DNA of 64,000 bases from Tetramitus jugosus (lineage: Eukaryota; Protista; Heterolobosea): NCBI GenBank assembly GCA_937625935.1, contig OW569361.1, positions 248,001-312,000 of the forward strand, in the 5' to 3' direction. The position numbers were made by a program, and so were the translations under genes. Below the pieces are notes generated by a model, which was not told the DNA's origin, ran no database searches, and worked only from the letters and a program-made list of their open reading frames with translations. Below, one piece after another: positions 1 to 10,913 of this stretch; positions within the stretch are counted from its first letter, which is position 1; every line of letters starts with the position of its first letter.

Positions 1-313
1 CATCATCACCATAATGATTTCCCATCTTTAGTTCCTTGAACACCAGGATAGTGCAAATCCAAAAACTGTTCTCAAAAAATGTTGTCTATTGGTCACAACA
101 ACAAACTCGTATCGATGTGTCAACGATTGAAGAATCGTTGAAGACACATTTAACAGATATGGGTTGCTTAGAGCGTTGAAGCTTGCGACCTCAGGACGTA
201 TTGGTCCATGTTAGTCCATGTTCTCAAATGTCATCTAAAGAAGGAACATAAAATTGTAATTTTTCCTTGAAAATCTTCACATCATTACCGTCACATCCAT
301 TTGAAAACAAATC

Positions 314-688
314 ATGAACAATGCGATCTACTACCCTCAACCACACAAACTGCAACAACATTGCAATTTTGATGGCGCAGCTGATGCCATAGAACACTTT
401 GATACAACAACAGCTGAAGTTGACTCCTCTCCTACTACTCCTATGGTTTCTGGCCCAGTGATGCCTCATCCTGATGAGACCAATGCCCTAGTCTTGCTGT
501 TGTTGAGCTTCTTTATCGGGATGGCATCGATCACGCTGTGGGTCGTCATCTTTGTCATGTACAGGAATAGTCCATCAGAGAGGGCCAGAATGTATGCCAA
601 GATTGCTGCCATTTTCACCAGTGGGGTCATCCTTTTCTTTGTCTATGTTTTCTTGTTGGCGCTCCATTCTTTCTCTCTTGAGAGTTAG
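314..688 (+). CDS. Small hypothetical membrane protein (Pro/Thr-rich N-terminus, two TM helices)
   Basis: 124-aa ORF with ATG in good context and two hydrophobic segments (ALVLLLLSFFIGMASITLWVVIFVMY; IAAIFTSGVILFFVYVFLLAL). AATAAA lies downstream at about 771. Confidence 0.55.
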   Translation: MNNAIYYPQPHKLQQHCNFDGAADAIEHFDTTTAEVDSSPTTPMVSGPVMPHPDETNALVLLLLSFFIGMASITLWVVIFVMYRNSPSERARMYAKIAAIFTSGVILFFVYVFLLALHSFSLES

Positions 689-881
689 CCGGTCTACTGA
701 AGCACGGTCGCAACTCAACTCGTTCTTCCGAAGCGAAGTATGTTCAAGTTCAACTGCGGAAAGGTTTTCCAATAAACAGTACTGCAACATTTAAATCAGT
801 CTATTCACTAGTGGAGCCACCGACAACTGTCCAGAAGATTCAAGTGTCCTGCTGTACGAATCATTCTCTGTTTGTGGTAGT

Positions 882-1541
882 GTCAGAGGAGTGTTTTATT
901 GTGAATTAGAATTTTTCCACTTTCCCAAACAAGCTATTCGTGACATAGCAAAAGGTGTTGATGCGATACAACTATTGTCGTCAGTAGATAACATTTGTTT
1001 CTATTGCCATAAGATCAGGTTGAGCACCACATGTTAAGTTGACAAAACTCACACCCCAATCAGACACGAGCAACAACGCCAGAGGACCTACCTGAATGGA
1101 AGTGAAAGACGGAAGATATGTAGTAGTATGTTGCTGGATGTCCTCTCCACAAGCTGCTCTGAACCGAACAGAGAGCCAATATTTTTTCCCTCTGCCTAAA
1201 TCTGTGTGTCAGAAAAGTTATGGTTTCAGCGATTTTTCATCTGGATACTTCGAGCCGACTACAGAGTAAGCCATCGTTGTTTCAGGAGGCTGGTGCTTGC
1301 TTGATGATAGGATTATGTGAGGCATGTGGCACTGCATGACATTAAGGCTGTTTTGTTTGGTGATTATCCGTGGAATAGAGATGCTACGGAGGAGCATTTG
1401 ACTGCTTCAGTGAGAAGAGTGCTGGATTGGACTCAGGACGTTACACACAATGGTACCGACAGAAGCAAACTCCTTCTTCAAGTCATCACTGGTAGTTTCA
1501 AAGCTCAAGTTACCGGCATAGACCTTCTTGCCACTGACTAG
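882..1541 (+). pseudogene. Decayed HAD-family 5'(3')-deoxyribonucleotidase (NT5C-like) gene
   Basis: Fragments split by stops and a frameshift read GGWCLLDDR...VRHVALHDIKAVLFGDYPWNR...SVRRVLDW. This resembles the C-terminus of NT5C-like HAD phosphatases (LIDD...VLLF..YPW...V.RV..W). Boundaries are approximate. Confidence 0.4.
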
Positions 1542-1741
1542 AGCAGGGGAAGAAGTGTATCATCTCCATTCTTGGCTGCCATTGAAAAATTCCAAGAGTT
1601 CCAATAATCTTGCCCTTGATTGACACTTGGATTACAGCCACTCAAGGTTGACCAGATTGCCATTCTATGGCCAAGGGAAAAAGAGACTTGTGTGAGTTTG
1701 CCCACTAACGGAAATTTATTAACAGATTGATACTACACCAA

Positions 1742-3139
1742 CTAGTCCCTAAACTTGATTACAAATGACTTGAGGTTAGTTATGTCACTACCTCCAAAGA
1801 AGCGGAATCCTCGTATTTTTTCAGTACCAGTGAATGATGCAGTTCCAATCAGTTGATTGGTGCGTTTTTTAAAGAATGCGACTGATGTTCCTGAGGCATT
1901 GGGCCCAGAACCTGAGAATCCTTTCACTCCTTGTCCAGCGTGATCTGCTTTTACAAAGTAAACTTGGTTAGTTCCTGGTGCACTAGAGTTGGATTGAAGA
2001 TCAATGCCCCCAAATTTAAATCCCTTATCTGCTTGATATTGACCAGTGAACCAACATTCACCAAAGTCTCCACAGTCGATACTCTGGGCAGTTGTATCCC
2101 CTTGAGATCTTGTAGATTGTAGATACTCAATTGTTCCATTAAGTTCTGAGAATCGAGCCAGAAATGCTTGTGAGGTAGTATTGCTTGGAGCCAATGATGT
2201 ATTATTCACAGTTAAAGAGAGATTTGTAGATAACCATGATCCAGTGACTACTACAGATCCTTCACTGTCAATAGCATCTGCCGCTGGTAGAACTTGTTCT
2301 GCTTCGATCGTATTCAACCAATGAGCAGTTCCATTGCTATCAATCTTCAGAATGAATGCAAAGACATTGTTTGTTCCACTATTATCCACAAGTAGGTGAG
2401 TATCAAAGGTGCAACCAGAACAATTTGCATAAGATCCAATTGGATAGACGTCTCCTGTGGTTCTATTTGCAATGATAAACTGAGCAGTAATAATGGCCCC
2501 CTCGTTGCTGATAGTACTAACTGCCCATTGGAAGTCCCCAGTCGTGTTATACTTCACAACAAAGTTATCTTGGCTCAGGAGATTACCCTGAGCAAATCCT
2601 GCAGTGACATTGTTAGCATCCAAGAAGTCAACCGTTCCAGAATAAGGTGCATAGCCATAAAGATTTCCCTCGTCGTCAGTAGCAATGTAAGTGTCTGCAT
2701 CAGTAAAGTTTTCAATAATAGCAGTAAGTCTTTCCCAGATCACCTCTCCATCTGCACCATTGTACTTGGCAAACACATATTGAATACCAGCAGCTTCTTG
2801 AAGAAATCCATTGGCATAAACATCTCCATTAGAATCTACCATACCAGGGTTCTGTGGTGTGTAATGAGGATTAATTGCCCAAATCAATGTTCCATTGCTA
2901 TGATACTTTGAAATGAAACCAGTTTCAGTGGTGACTGAAGGGTAACCTGGAACGTTTGCGTTGTACAGTCCTACGAACACGAAGTTATCATGGTGATCAA
3001 CGGCGGTTCCGAAGATTGTAAAGACACTGTTTGCATTGTTTCCCTCGGGAAGTGGTGGAAGTTGAAACCCAAGCTTTGATGTCGCAATTGCAATCATCAC
3101 GGTGATGACTGCTAGAAGTAACGAGAGTTTTGTTGCCAT
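1742..3139 (-). CDS. Secreted beta-propeller protein with SBBP-like repeats
   Basis: Intronless 465 aa with a signal peptide (MATKLSLLLAVITVMIAIATS). Repeated blades: (A/V)(V/I/T)DxxGNxYxxG ... F(V/I)xK(Y/I)xxxGxxxW. Many N-x-S/T sequons. Confidence 0.8.
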   Translation of the reverse strand: MATKLSLLLAVITVMIAIATSKLGFQLPPLPEGNNANSVFTIFGTAVDHHDNFVFVGLYNANVPGYPSVTTETGFISKYHSNGTLIWAINPHYTPQNPGMVDSNGDVYANGFLQEAAGIQYVFAKYNGADGEVIWERLTAIIENFTDADTYIATDDEGNLYGYAPYSGTVDFLDANNVTAGFAQGNLLSQDNFVVKYNTTGDFQWAVSTISNEGAIITAQFIIANRTTGDVYPIGSYANCSGCTFDTHLLVDNSGTNNVFAFILKIDSNGTAHWLNTIEAEQVLPAADAIDSEGSVVVTGSWLSTNLSLTVNNTSLAPSNTTSQAFLARFSELNGTIEYLQSTRSQGDTTAQSIDCGDFGECWFTGQYQADKGFKFGGIDLQSNSSAPGTNQVYFVKADHAGQGVKGFSGSGPNASGTSVAFFKKRTNQLIGTASFTGTEKIRGFRFFGGSDITNLKSFVIKFRD

Positions 3140-4106
3140 TGGTTGTTTGTCTGTTGAAGCAATAGATAGTTCTCTTCAAGAGATCGGTAATGTGATCTGT
3201 GGTGTTTGTACGAATCCTTTTCAAAATTAAAAGGGACTTGATTTTTAAAGGAGGGAAGTCCGATCTTTGCAAAATAGATCACATTTGTCGGTTGACCAAC
3301 CCCAAATCCCTTTTTGGCGGTTACCCGCCGTTTGGCGGAAAGCTTACAATGTATTTCATCTTACAACCGCATATTTTTTCCATACAACCATGTGTGCTCC
3401 GACAACAAGCAAACGATCCCCCGTTTATTGACTTGCTTTGAGTGACGACCTGTAGGGTTTCTCTTGTTGTCCCACTGTCGTGAGTGTTTAGATGATGCCC
3501 TTCTTCATGGCGATCTTGACCAAACTGTTGTTGACTGACTTTAGATGATCATGTGGCATCTCGACGTAGCCTTCACCCTCTTCACTCCGTCGAGCTTTGC
3601 TTGTGCCAAGTATAAGTCTCATCATCCATGACAACTGATCACTTATGTGACCTTGTCAGTCGCTATCAACCGGATTTGAGTAGATCCGTCCCTAATTATC
3701 TCCAACATAATGCGTTTCAGCAACTGTTGATTGTCCTTCTCTTTGTTATGAAGAAAACCCGTCAGTATGACCAGGAAGCCCCCAATCAAGCAGCCGAAGC
3801 CACCAGTTTGTAGCGATCATCAACATACGAGGATGAAGAAGCACAAGGCCATCATAGCATCCAGTACAAAATTCACGCTCAGGCAAACGGTCTATACATC
3901 CTCATCCGGGAGATCACGTTCCGTGATTTTATAGGGTGTTTAAGTACGACTTCAGAAATAATCCTGACGAAGTACAGTCATGTTTCGAACAAAGATTGTC
4001 GCTCTCTTGCCATGTGCTTTTATGCTCTTCATTTCACTGCCAATCGTTCCATGTCAATGTGGTAAATATTGCCCAAAATACAGGCATGTGTGAAAAAAAT
4101 TTCTTC

Positions 4107-4118
4107 TTGGCGCCAAAA
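4107..4118. promoter_or_regulatory. E2F-like palindromic site upstream of MAU2
   Basis: TTGGCGCCAAAA (minus strand TTTTGGCGCC) about 55 bp upstream of the ATG; matches the TTTSSCGC consensus. Confidence 0.35.
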
Positions 4119-4170
4119 TAAAGTTCCAAAAAAACGACGCACAAAAAAGTTCTCAGAACAAACATCCCAA

Positions 4171-6545
4171 ATGTCAAAACACAACAACTTGATCTATGCG
4201 ACGTGGGGCATTGCAGAAGAATTTCTCACCAATGGCCACATTATAGAATGTATTGCCTGTCTCGAAGGATTATGTATCAAGGTCAATTTTGATCGTAATC
4301 CATTGGATGAAGTAGAGACGAGATTGCGTCTTGCTCAAGTTCAACTCAAGTACACTACAAATTACTCTAGAGCCAAGAGTCACCTGGAGAAGGCTGTAAG
4401 TTTCTTATCCTTATGATCATAAGGATCAGTTTTTTTGTATTCAGCAGCACTCCTCTGTTGGCAGTTGCAGTCATTATGTGATTGATGATTGCTCACATTT
4501 TTTTGTGTGTCCAATAACAATAGGATTTAAAATTATCAGAGATTCGTGTGGCAGAACAGTGGAGTAAACAAGAACAGAGAAAACATGATTTGCTTCAGTG
4601 TAGAATCAGTAGAGCACTATCAGAGACGTATCAGAATGTGGCTGATGTGGCAATGACATTGAAAACATTGAGAAAAGGAATAGAATTCTCTGAATCGTAT
4701 GTTTTGTTGTTTGTTTGTTGTTCTTTACCGGATGTTGTTTGTCATGTTGGATTCGCTAACTGAGTTGAAATATTGTTGATTAGGCTGAATGAATGGAGAC
4801 ACATTTTTCAAATGGAGTTGATTACTGCATTGATTTACTCTGCTGAGACAGGATATCAAACAGAAGTGAACAAATTGTTCAAGTCCGTATCAAAGGAACT
4901 GAAAGATGAGGGCAATGGTTTATTGAGTATTGTGTTTTTGTTGACAGAGATTCAATATCGGATTCATTTGTTGGAGTTTGAATTGGCAGAACAATGCTTG
5001 AAGCAGTGTGAACAAGAAATGAGCGAATTGGGTGAAAAGAGTGCTTCACAACAACAAGAAAAGGATCAATTGAAGCAAACAGCGCAATATGCGTATATGA
5101 AGATGCACTTTTCAGTGTTGAAGAGCCTATGTAAGATTAGAATGAATCATTTTAGTGAATCGAGAGAATCAATGACTCAATTGCAAGTCGCAGCCAACGA
5201 ATTACGAGAAACAAAGGTGGATACATCAAAGTTGGAGTATGTGTGGCTGTCTAGAGAGCCAGTTTATATTTTGTCATTGTTTCTTGTTGGTGTGTATCAA
5301 ATGTGGATTGGTATGGTTGATCCATCGTCAAAGCGGATCAGTGATGCTATTGTGAGGGCTGATAAATCAATGAAAGCACTAGAACAAATATCGAAAGGGT
5401 TCATTGCTGATAAGCAATTTGCAAACGAGTACAACTTTTGTCAAACGATGAAAGTGTATTGTTTCATGCAAAGCGCAATCAATTCCTTGTCCCAGTTCCA
5501 AATTCGAAATGCTGTGTTACAGATACGAAATGCAATTATTTGTGCACAGGAGGATGATGAGTTGTTTGATAGCTTCCAATTCAGTATCCATGTGCTCGTC
5601 GGTATAGCTGCTTCTCTCATGAATGAGACAAGTGTTGCCATGCGCCACTTTAATTTGGTCATACAGAAGAGTGATCGAAGAGATTTGGCTGCCTATGCTC
5701 TCATATTCAAGATGGCTACCAATATCACTACGATGACACTCGACAATCAACAAGAGCAATCCAAGCTCGTATTTGATGATTTGGACATGTTGAACGATAT
5801 GAAGGACTGTATGCAGATTGAGGGTATACAGGCAGCTGCATCTATTTTGCACGGCAGTCTTTGTTCCTTTAGCTCTGTTGCCCTGAACGATGCAGAACAA
5901 TATGTAAACAACGCCCTACTGAACGATTATGTCAAGGACAATAAGCAATTTACAGCAAGAGTCACCACACTACTCAGTCATATTTATTTCTCTCGAGGCG
6001 AGAATTTCGATAAGATCAAGTCTCTCCTTGGACCTGGTATCACAAATGGTGTACAAGTCAAGGATCTGCTCATACAACTGTACGGAAAGAAATTGTATCT
6101 TAGTATGTACCGATTGGAATTCATCGATTGATGTTTTTTACTCTTCGCTAATCCTGTTTCTACAACAATATAATAGATGCCTATGAGAAGAACTACAGCC
6201 AGAACAACAACAAGAATAATCAGAACATTGCAGACTCGGAGCAGTCTTCTCCATTGACTGATTATCAGCAGGTAACGGATCATCAAATCGATTATGATCA
6301 CAACATTCAAGAGGCGAGAAAAGATAGGACAAGTTCCGCCATATTCGAAGTATGTGCTCTCATTCTTTGTTCTCTTCATGTTTCCACACGCTCACCCTTT
6401 TTCTAATCATGTTCAAATCAATAATCCAATTCTCTCTCACGAATATTAGTGGTTGCCATACAGAGGAGATTACGCCAAAATGGCTCTGCAACAACAGGAT
6501 GATGACGAAGATGATGACCAGGCCATGAGTGATGATGATCAATAA
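4171..6545 (+). CDS. MAU2: MAU2/Scc4 cohesin loader subunit (5 exons)
   Basis: N-terminus WGIAEEF...ECIACLEGL...EVETRLRLAQVQLKYTTNYSRAKSHLEKA matches MAU2, followed by TPR-like helices. Frame-consistent introns at 4396-4523, 4697-4783, 6103-6176 and about 6349-6448. Confidence 0.85.
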
Positions 6546-6603
6546 ACAAAATCACAACATCACCACACCAATTGAGCTCAATACCAACATTCCAATAGAA
6601 TCA

Positions 6604-6963
6604 TCAAAATTGAAACCCAGAAGTCATCTTGTGTGATTCCACGAGCACCAAATTCACCTCAAATTGAATATTGTGCTTCTCACTGTCCAATTTCTTCAAG
6701 AACTTGTAGATGACTTTCACAGTGGACAATCGAAAGCCGAACAACAAGATACCGTTTCGTTCTGGAAGAAAGCTGATGATTCGGCGAACATTGGGAGCAT
6801 CCTTCTCCAGAATGGAGGCAATGTGCTGCACGAATGCACTCAGATATTTTTGCATCTGAGTGTTCAACTCAGAGTTTTGGAGGTAAATGTAGAACGGTTC
6901 CCTCGAGTTCTCATCCAACTGTGTGTTGGTAATGTCACTTGTGGTGGCTGACTTTGTGCTCAT
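6604..6963 (-). CDS. Hypothetical 119-aa protein; weak resemblance to the Rpp14/Pop5 RNase P subunit fold
   Basis: Clean ATG-initiated ORF filling the gap between MAU2 and the kinesin-like gene. Alpha/beta pattern IISFLPERNGILLFGFRLSTVKVIYKFL. Confidence 0.5.
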   Translation of the reverse strand: MSTKSATTSDITNTQLDENSREPFYIYLQNSELNTQMQKYLSAFVQHIASILEKDAPNVRRIISFLPERNGILLFGFRLSTVKVIYKFLKKLDSEKHNIQFEVNLVLVESHKMTSGFQF

Positions 6964-7070
6964 GTGGTCTCCTTTTTGTGTGGTTTTATTGGATCAGAAA
7001 AAAAGGAGAATTTTAGGCAGACGACCGTTTCATCTACAAATTTGTGAGACACAGAAAGGGAGACAAAGAT

Positions 7071-9767
7071 ATGAAGATATTTGTACATGCTCTAGGATCA
7101 AGAAGCTCTAACGACAACAAATCTGACTATACTCATATTGAGGTATCACCAGACAACAATTCCATTCAACTCAAGGTTCCTCTGAATCTCAAGCCCTACA
7201 ATATCAAAGAATCATCTGTCTCTTGTGAGAGAGCGAACGAATTTTTGAATGGATTTTATTCTTCGAAACAAGTGTATGATTCTAGGCTATCAGATTTTAT
7301 CAACAAGCAAATGGTGAGTGCTCCAAGTGATGCTATATTTTTCTCGTATGGTCCTGATAGTCGAGAGAAGGAGCAGCTGATGTTTGGTGAAGCAGGAGTA
7401 TTTGAAAATACACTCCTAGATATTATCAACGATAAAGGATTTGAAGTTTCAGTGACTGCTTTGGAATACTTTCACGACAGAGGAATGCTCGAAGATTTGA
7501 TTGAACCAAGCAATACAATTACAAGCACAGTTGACAGAAGAGGAAATGAAGAAAATAATGCAACAACAAGGTTGTTAAACAATAGCGAAGAAGCAATTCG
7601 AATAATTCAAAATATTCGCGATAACATTCAAACAAACGGTAAGAAAAGTCGAGAAAGTTATTACCATCCGGTATCAATTGTAGCCAACATTATGATCAGT
7701 ATGAGAGACCAAAAGCACAGTATATGGATTGTACAACTAGCTTGTTCCCAAAGGGTAGATTTATCAATTGGAGTCCCCAAATTGTCTCAGATTTTTGAGG
7801 CTACACACAGAGAACTCTCTGCCTTTGCCAATATCTTCAGTTCGCTTTCTTCCGGCAGACTTAAAATTCCATATCAAAAGAGTAGATTGGGAAGCATTAT
7901 GAAAAAATCTCTTTCCAGTTCGAGTTATCGAGTTGATGCCTTTCTTCATGTAAATGACACGGTGGAACATTTGATCGGTGAAGATGCATGTTCAATATCG
8001 TTGTTTAGCAAGATGACAGTTGGTGGAATTGGTAATGCCAGAAGTCGTGATAATTACGCCGATGTGTTTATCATGGAATGTCAGAATAATCGATTAGAAG
8101 CTGAGTTATCAATTGCCGCCAAAGTTGTTCCTACTTTTAATTCTGTGAAGTTAAAAGATGGTTCATCCTACCAGGAGCAAGCTGATAAATATATAAGTAA
8201 ATCAATGGATGACATTAATAACAAGAATGATAAAGAAAGACAACAATTAGTCCAGGAAGCCTCAGAGAAGGCTCAAGAATATTTGAAACAGAGAGCTGTA
8301 GACTGGCAACGACAAATCGATGAATATGAAACCGAAGAATCAATTGTCATAAACGAATTGAATCAATTACCTGAAGAGAATCAGAATATCGAGGAGCAAT
8401 TATTGCTCCAGATTACAGCAATAGCTAATCAAATAACTGAAGTACAAAAAGATATCACAGAGGAGGTTGCTGCAATGGTAGGTTTGAATCGAGAAAAGTT
8501 AGATCTGATGGAGTCCGTCAAACAGTTTGAGGACAAACTTGCAGACTTCGCTGCAAAATTTGAAGGGGATCAAGACACAGTCGCTCAAAAACGAGATGAG
8601 AAAAGGAATGATTGGAAACAAACCCAGAAACAATACGACAATGAAAGGCTCAGTCTGAATATTGAATTTTCTCAAAGTAGTGAAACAATGCTAGCCTTTT
8701 ATGATTTATTTGCTGGCGACTCTGAGGATCAAACACTGATATCAATGGATCCTTCTAATGAGTTAGAGCGAGCTTTGAAGGAACTACTGATGGAAGGAAA
8801 ACAATCTGACGGGGAAACTCTGTCTCACCTGATCGAACAATGCGACACAAGGAAGCAGCAAATCGATATGGCTTCATTCCAATATGTTCAATCGATAGAG
8901 AAGGTCGAAAAAGAAGCTGAGGAGATGAATCAGCAAACAGAAATTCATAGAGAAAAACTTCGAGATGAGCTAACAAGAATATCATTAGACAAGGAACAAG
9001 ACATTGTCTTGTTGAAACAAGAAAGTATCAAGAAGATAAAACAAGGAATTCAGCTTACTAAAGTTCCTGAGAAAGGAAAGCGGAAAAAGCAGTTCTACTT
9101 TGTGACACACGATAAGTTGTGTTGCTGCGATGTTCCAGATCATGGAGTGGTTCACAGAGAGAAACTAAGCAAAGTGATACCTTTGAAGAACATCACTAAA
9201 ATTATATTAGGTCAACACACTGAAAGATTCAAGAGCTATCTTCAACGAATTAAGACGAACTCTGAATCACCTGCAAAAGGTTTACTTGGAAGGTTAGGAA
9301 GCTCTCCAGCAGTGAAAAAGGGACAACCCCTAAAAGCTAGAAGTGTAGAAGAAGCAAAGAATGAGTACTATCGATCATTCTCTGTCATACTGAAGAAGAA
9401 CAAAACGTTGGATTTGATTGCAGAAGATCGGGATTCTTTTGATGCATGGATTATAGGGCTCGTTGAATTATTGTCGATTGGAGCCTCTTTCGGTGATACG
9501 CTGAACAAAGCTTCTCTAACATTGCTGAATCAGTATCACGAATTTCCTGACCTTTTACCTGAGGAAGTAGACTTGTGCTCGCGTATTCACGTCCCTCCTC
9601 ACAGCCTATCACTCATCAAACATGTGTTAATGAGCAGAAAACACCAAGAAAAGTTAACTACCTACGATGTGTATTATGCTGAACCACTTTTGAACTTGCT
9701 TCAAGCTGAAGTCATCTACCAATTCGCCGTTAATCACAACTGGCTCTCGCGCTCAAGTAGTAGCTAA
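7071..9767 (+). CDS. Kinesin-like protein with degenerate motor domain, coiled coil, PH domain and C-terminal SWIRM/HTH-like domain
   Basis: Degenerate motor motifs: FFSYGPDSREKEQLMFG (P-loop), IWIVQLACSQR (switch II), IPYQKSRL (loop 12). A long coiled coil follows, then a PLC/Mcp5-type PH domain (RSFSVILKKNKTLDLIAEDRDSFDAWIIGL) and an Ada2-SWIRM-like tail (LLPEEVDLCSRIHVPP...IYQFAVNHNWL). Confidence 0.8.
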   Translation: MKIFVHALGSRSSNDNKSDYTHIEVSPDNNSIQLKVPLNLKPYNIKESSVSCERANEFLNGFYSSKQVYDSRLSDFINKQMVSAPSDAIFFSYGPDSREKEQLMFGEAGVFENTLLDIINDKGFEVSVTALEYFHDRGMLEDLIEPSNTITSTVDRRGNEENNATTRLLNNSEEAIRIIQNIRDNIQTNGKKSRESYYHPVSIVANIMISMRDQKHSIWIVQLACSQRVDLSIGVPKLSQIFEATHRELSAFANIFSSLSSGRLKIPYQKSRLGSIMKKSLSSSSYRVDAFLHVNDTVEHLIGEDACSISLFSKMTVGGIGNARSRDNYADVFIMECQNNRLEAELSIAAKVVPTFNSVKLKDGSSYQEQADKYISKSMDDINNKNDKERQQLVQEASEKAQEYLKQRAVDWQRQIDEYETEESIVINELNQLPEENQNIEEQLLLQITAIANQITEVQKDITEEVAAMVGLNREKLDLMESVKQFEDKLADFAAKFEGDQDTVAQKRDEKRNDWKQTQKQYDNERLSLNIEFSQSSETMLAFYDLFAGDSEDQTLISMDPSNELERALKELLMEGKQSDGETLSHLIEQCDTRKQQIDMASFQYVQSIEKVEKEAEEMNQQTEIHREKLRDELTRISLDKEQDIVLLKQESIKKIKQGIQLTKVPEKGKRKKQFYFVTHDKLCCCDVPDHGVVHREKLSKVIPLKNITKIILGQHTERFKSYLQRIKTNSESPAKGLLGRLGSSPAVKKGQPLKARSVEEAKNEYYRSFSVILKKNKTLDLIAEDRDSFDAWIIGLVELLSIGASFGDTLNKASLTLLNQYHEFPDLLPEEVDLCSRIHVPPHSLSLIKHVLMSRKHQEKLTTYDVYYAEPLLNLLQAEVIYQFAVNHNWLSRSSSS

Positions 9768-9824
9768 CAACACTCAAAAATACAAAAAACCAAACACAAC
9801 AATACAAATTTTTCACTATTCACA

Positions 9825-10778
9825 ATGGAAGGTATCATCCCAATAGAATCAAAGCAAGAAAATCTAGCAACAACAGCAACTTTAGACACAACTGAACTAC
9901 TGCCCCTTGGTCACAAACTGATGAAAACTGAACATGAATCTCCCACAATTCACATTGGGAAGAGAAAACGATTGGATGAACAGTTGATTAAAGTTCAAAA
10001 TATCGTCAATAAGATGGTGACTGTAGATAAGATTGTCAATGAGTTCTATGCACTAGGTAACTACTTTTCTCAAGCTCATTCTTCCTCATTTGTGATGTTC
10101 TGAGCTCACAACCACACACAACCACACCTGCATTTTCATTGTATTCATTTGCAAATCACAGATATCAAGATGAGAAAAGAGTTGGATGAATCTGTGCAAC
10201 ACATGTACAATCACATATCCCAAATGAACCAAAGCTTTGAACAACAATGGAAGACATCTCAACAAAGGAACAAGTTCAACCATCACAATGAGTCGTCGTA
10301 TGAAGAATTGTTGCGCCAAATGAACCAAATCAATCAACAAATGTTACAACTCCAAAGTTCAACTTTACAGTTGGATGAAAAAGACGAAAAGCACCTCGAA
10401 GACGCTAAGACTACAAGACAACCAACTCCAAAGCTGCGTTCTCCATCACTAGAAAGAGAGAAACAACAAAAGCATCGTACCAATACAACGGGTACCCTAA
10501 CTGCCTCAGCTAATAAGACTCTCACAACAAGAACTCTCGGTGTTCAAACAAGTACGGATACAATGGAACAGTTAGTGCCTTACCACCACAATATTAAACC
10601 TCAAAAACAAACAGACAGCAAGGAGTCACTGTTGGAGCAGCAACAGCATGTCACTCTTCAACTTGTGCTTCTAGACAACATGATTCAAACAGAAACTGTT
10701 ACCTTTGTGGATCAACAACGCACAAATCGCTTTGTGTCTGTTGAACCTGCTCTCAGGGATCCAAACAAGCCAGAATAA
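9825..10778 (+). CDS. Hypothetical coiled-coil, Gln/Thr-rich protein (2 exons)
   Basis: Two ORFs joined in frame by the intron 10057-10161 (GTAACT...CACAG). Confidence 0.6.
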
Positions 10779-10798
10779 CGGAACGTTTTCAATTTTCA

Positions 10799-10806
10799 GC
10801 GCCAAA
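10799..10806 (-). promoter_or_regulatory. E2F consensus site upstream of POLD3
   Basis: GCGCCAAA (TTTGGCGC on the minus strand) about 110 bp before the ATG of a DNA replication gene. Confidence 0.4.
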
Positions 10807-10913
10807 AAGAAAAGATCGAGAATTTTAACGAATTTGAAATTGTTCAACAAGAGAACATCAAAGCTCACACAGTCATCACACACGTGCAACCACTCAACAA
10901 CTTTGACAAAAAG

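Noticed and set aside
2396-2911. 171-aa plus-strand ORF inside the propeller gene
   Set aside because: Antisense shadow with no recognisable motifs.
3430-3620. Minus-strand protein-like fragment (KARRSEEGEGYVEMPHDHLKSVNNSLVKIAMKKGII*)
   Set aside because: Too short and unrecognisable. It may be pseudogene debris but cannot be supported.
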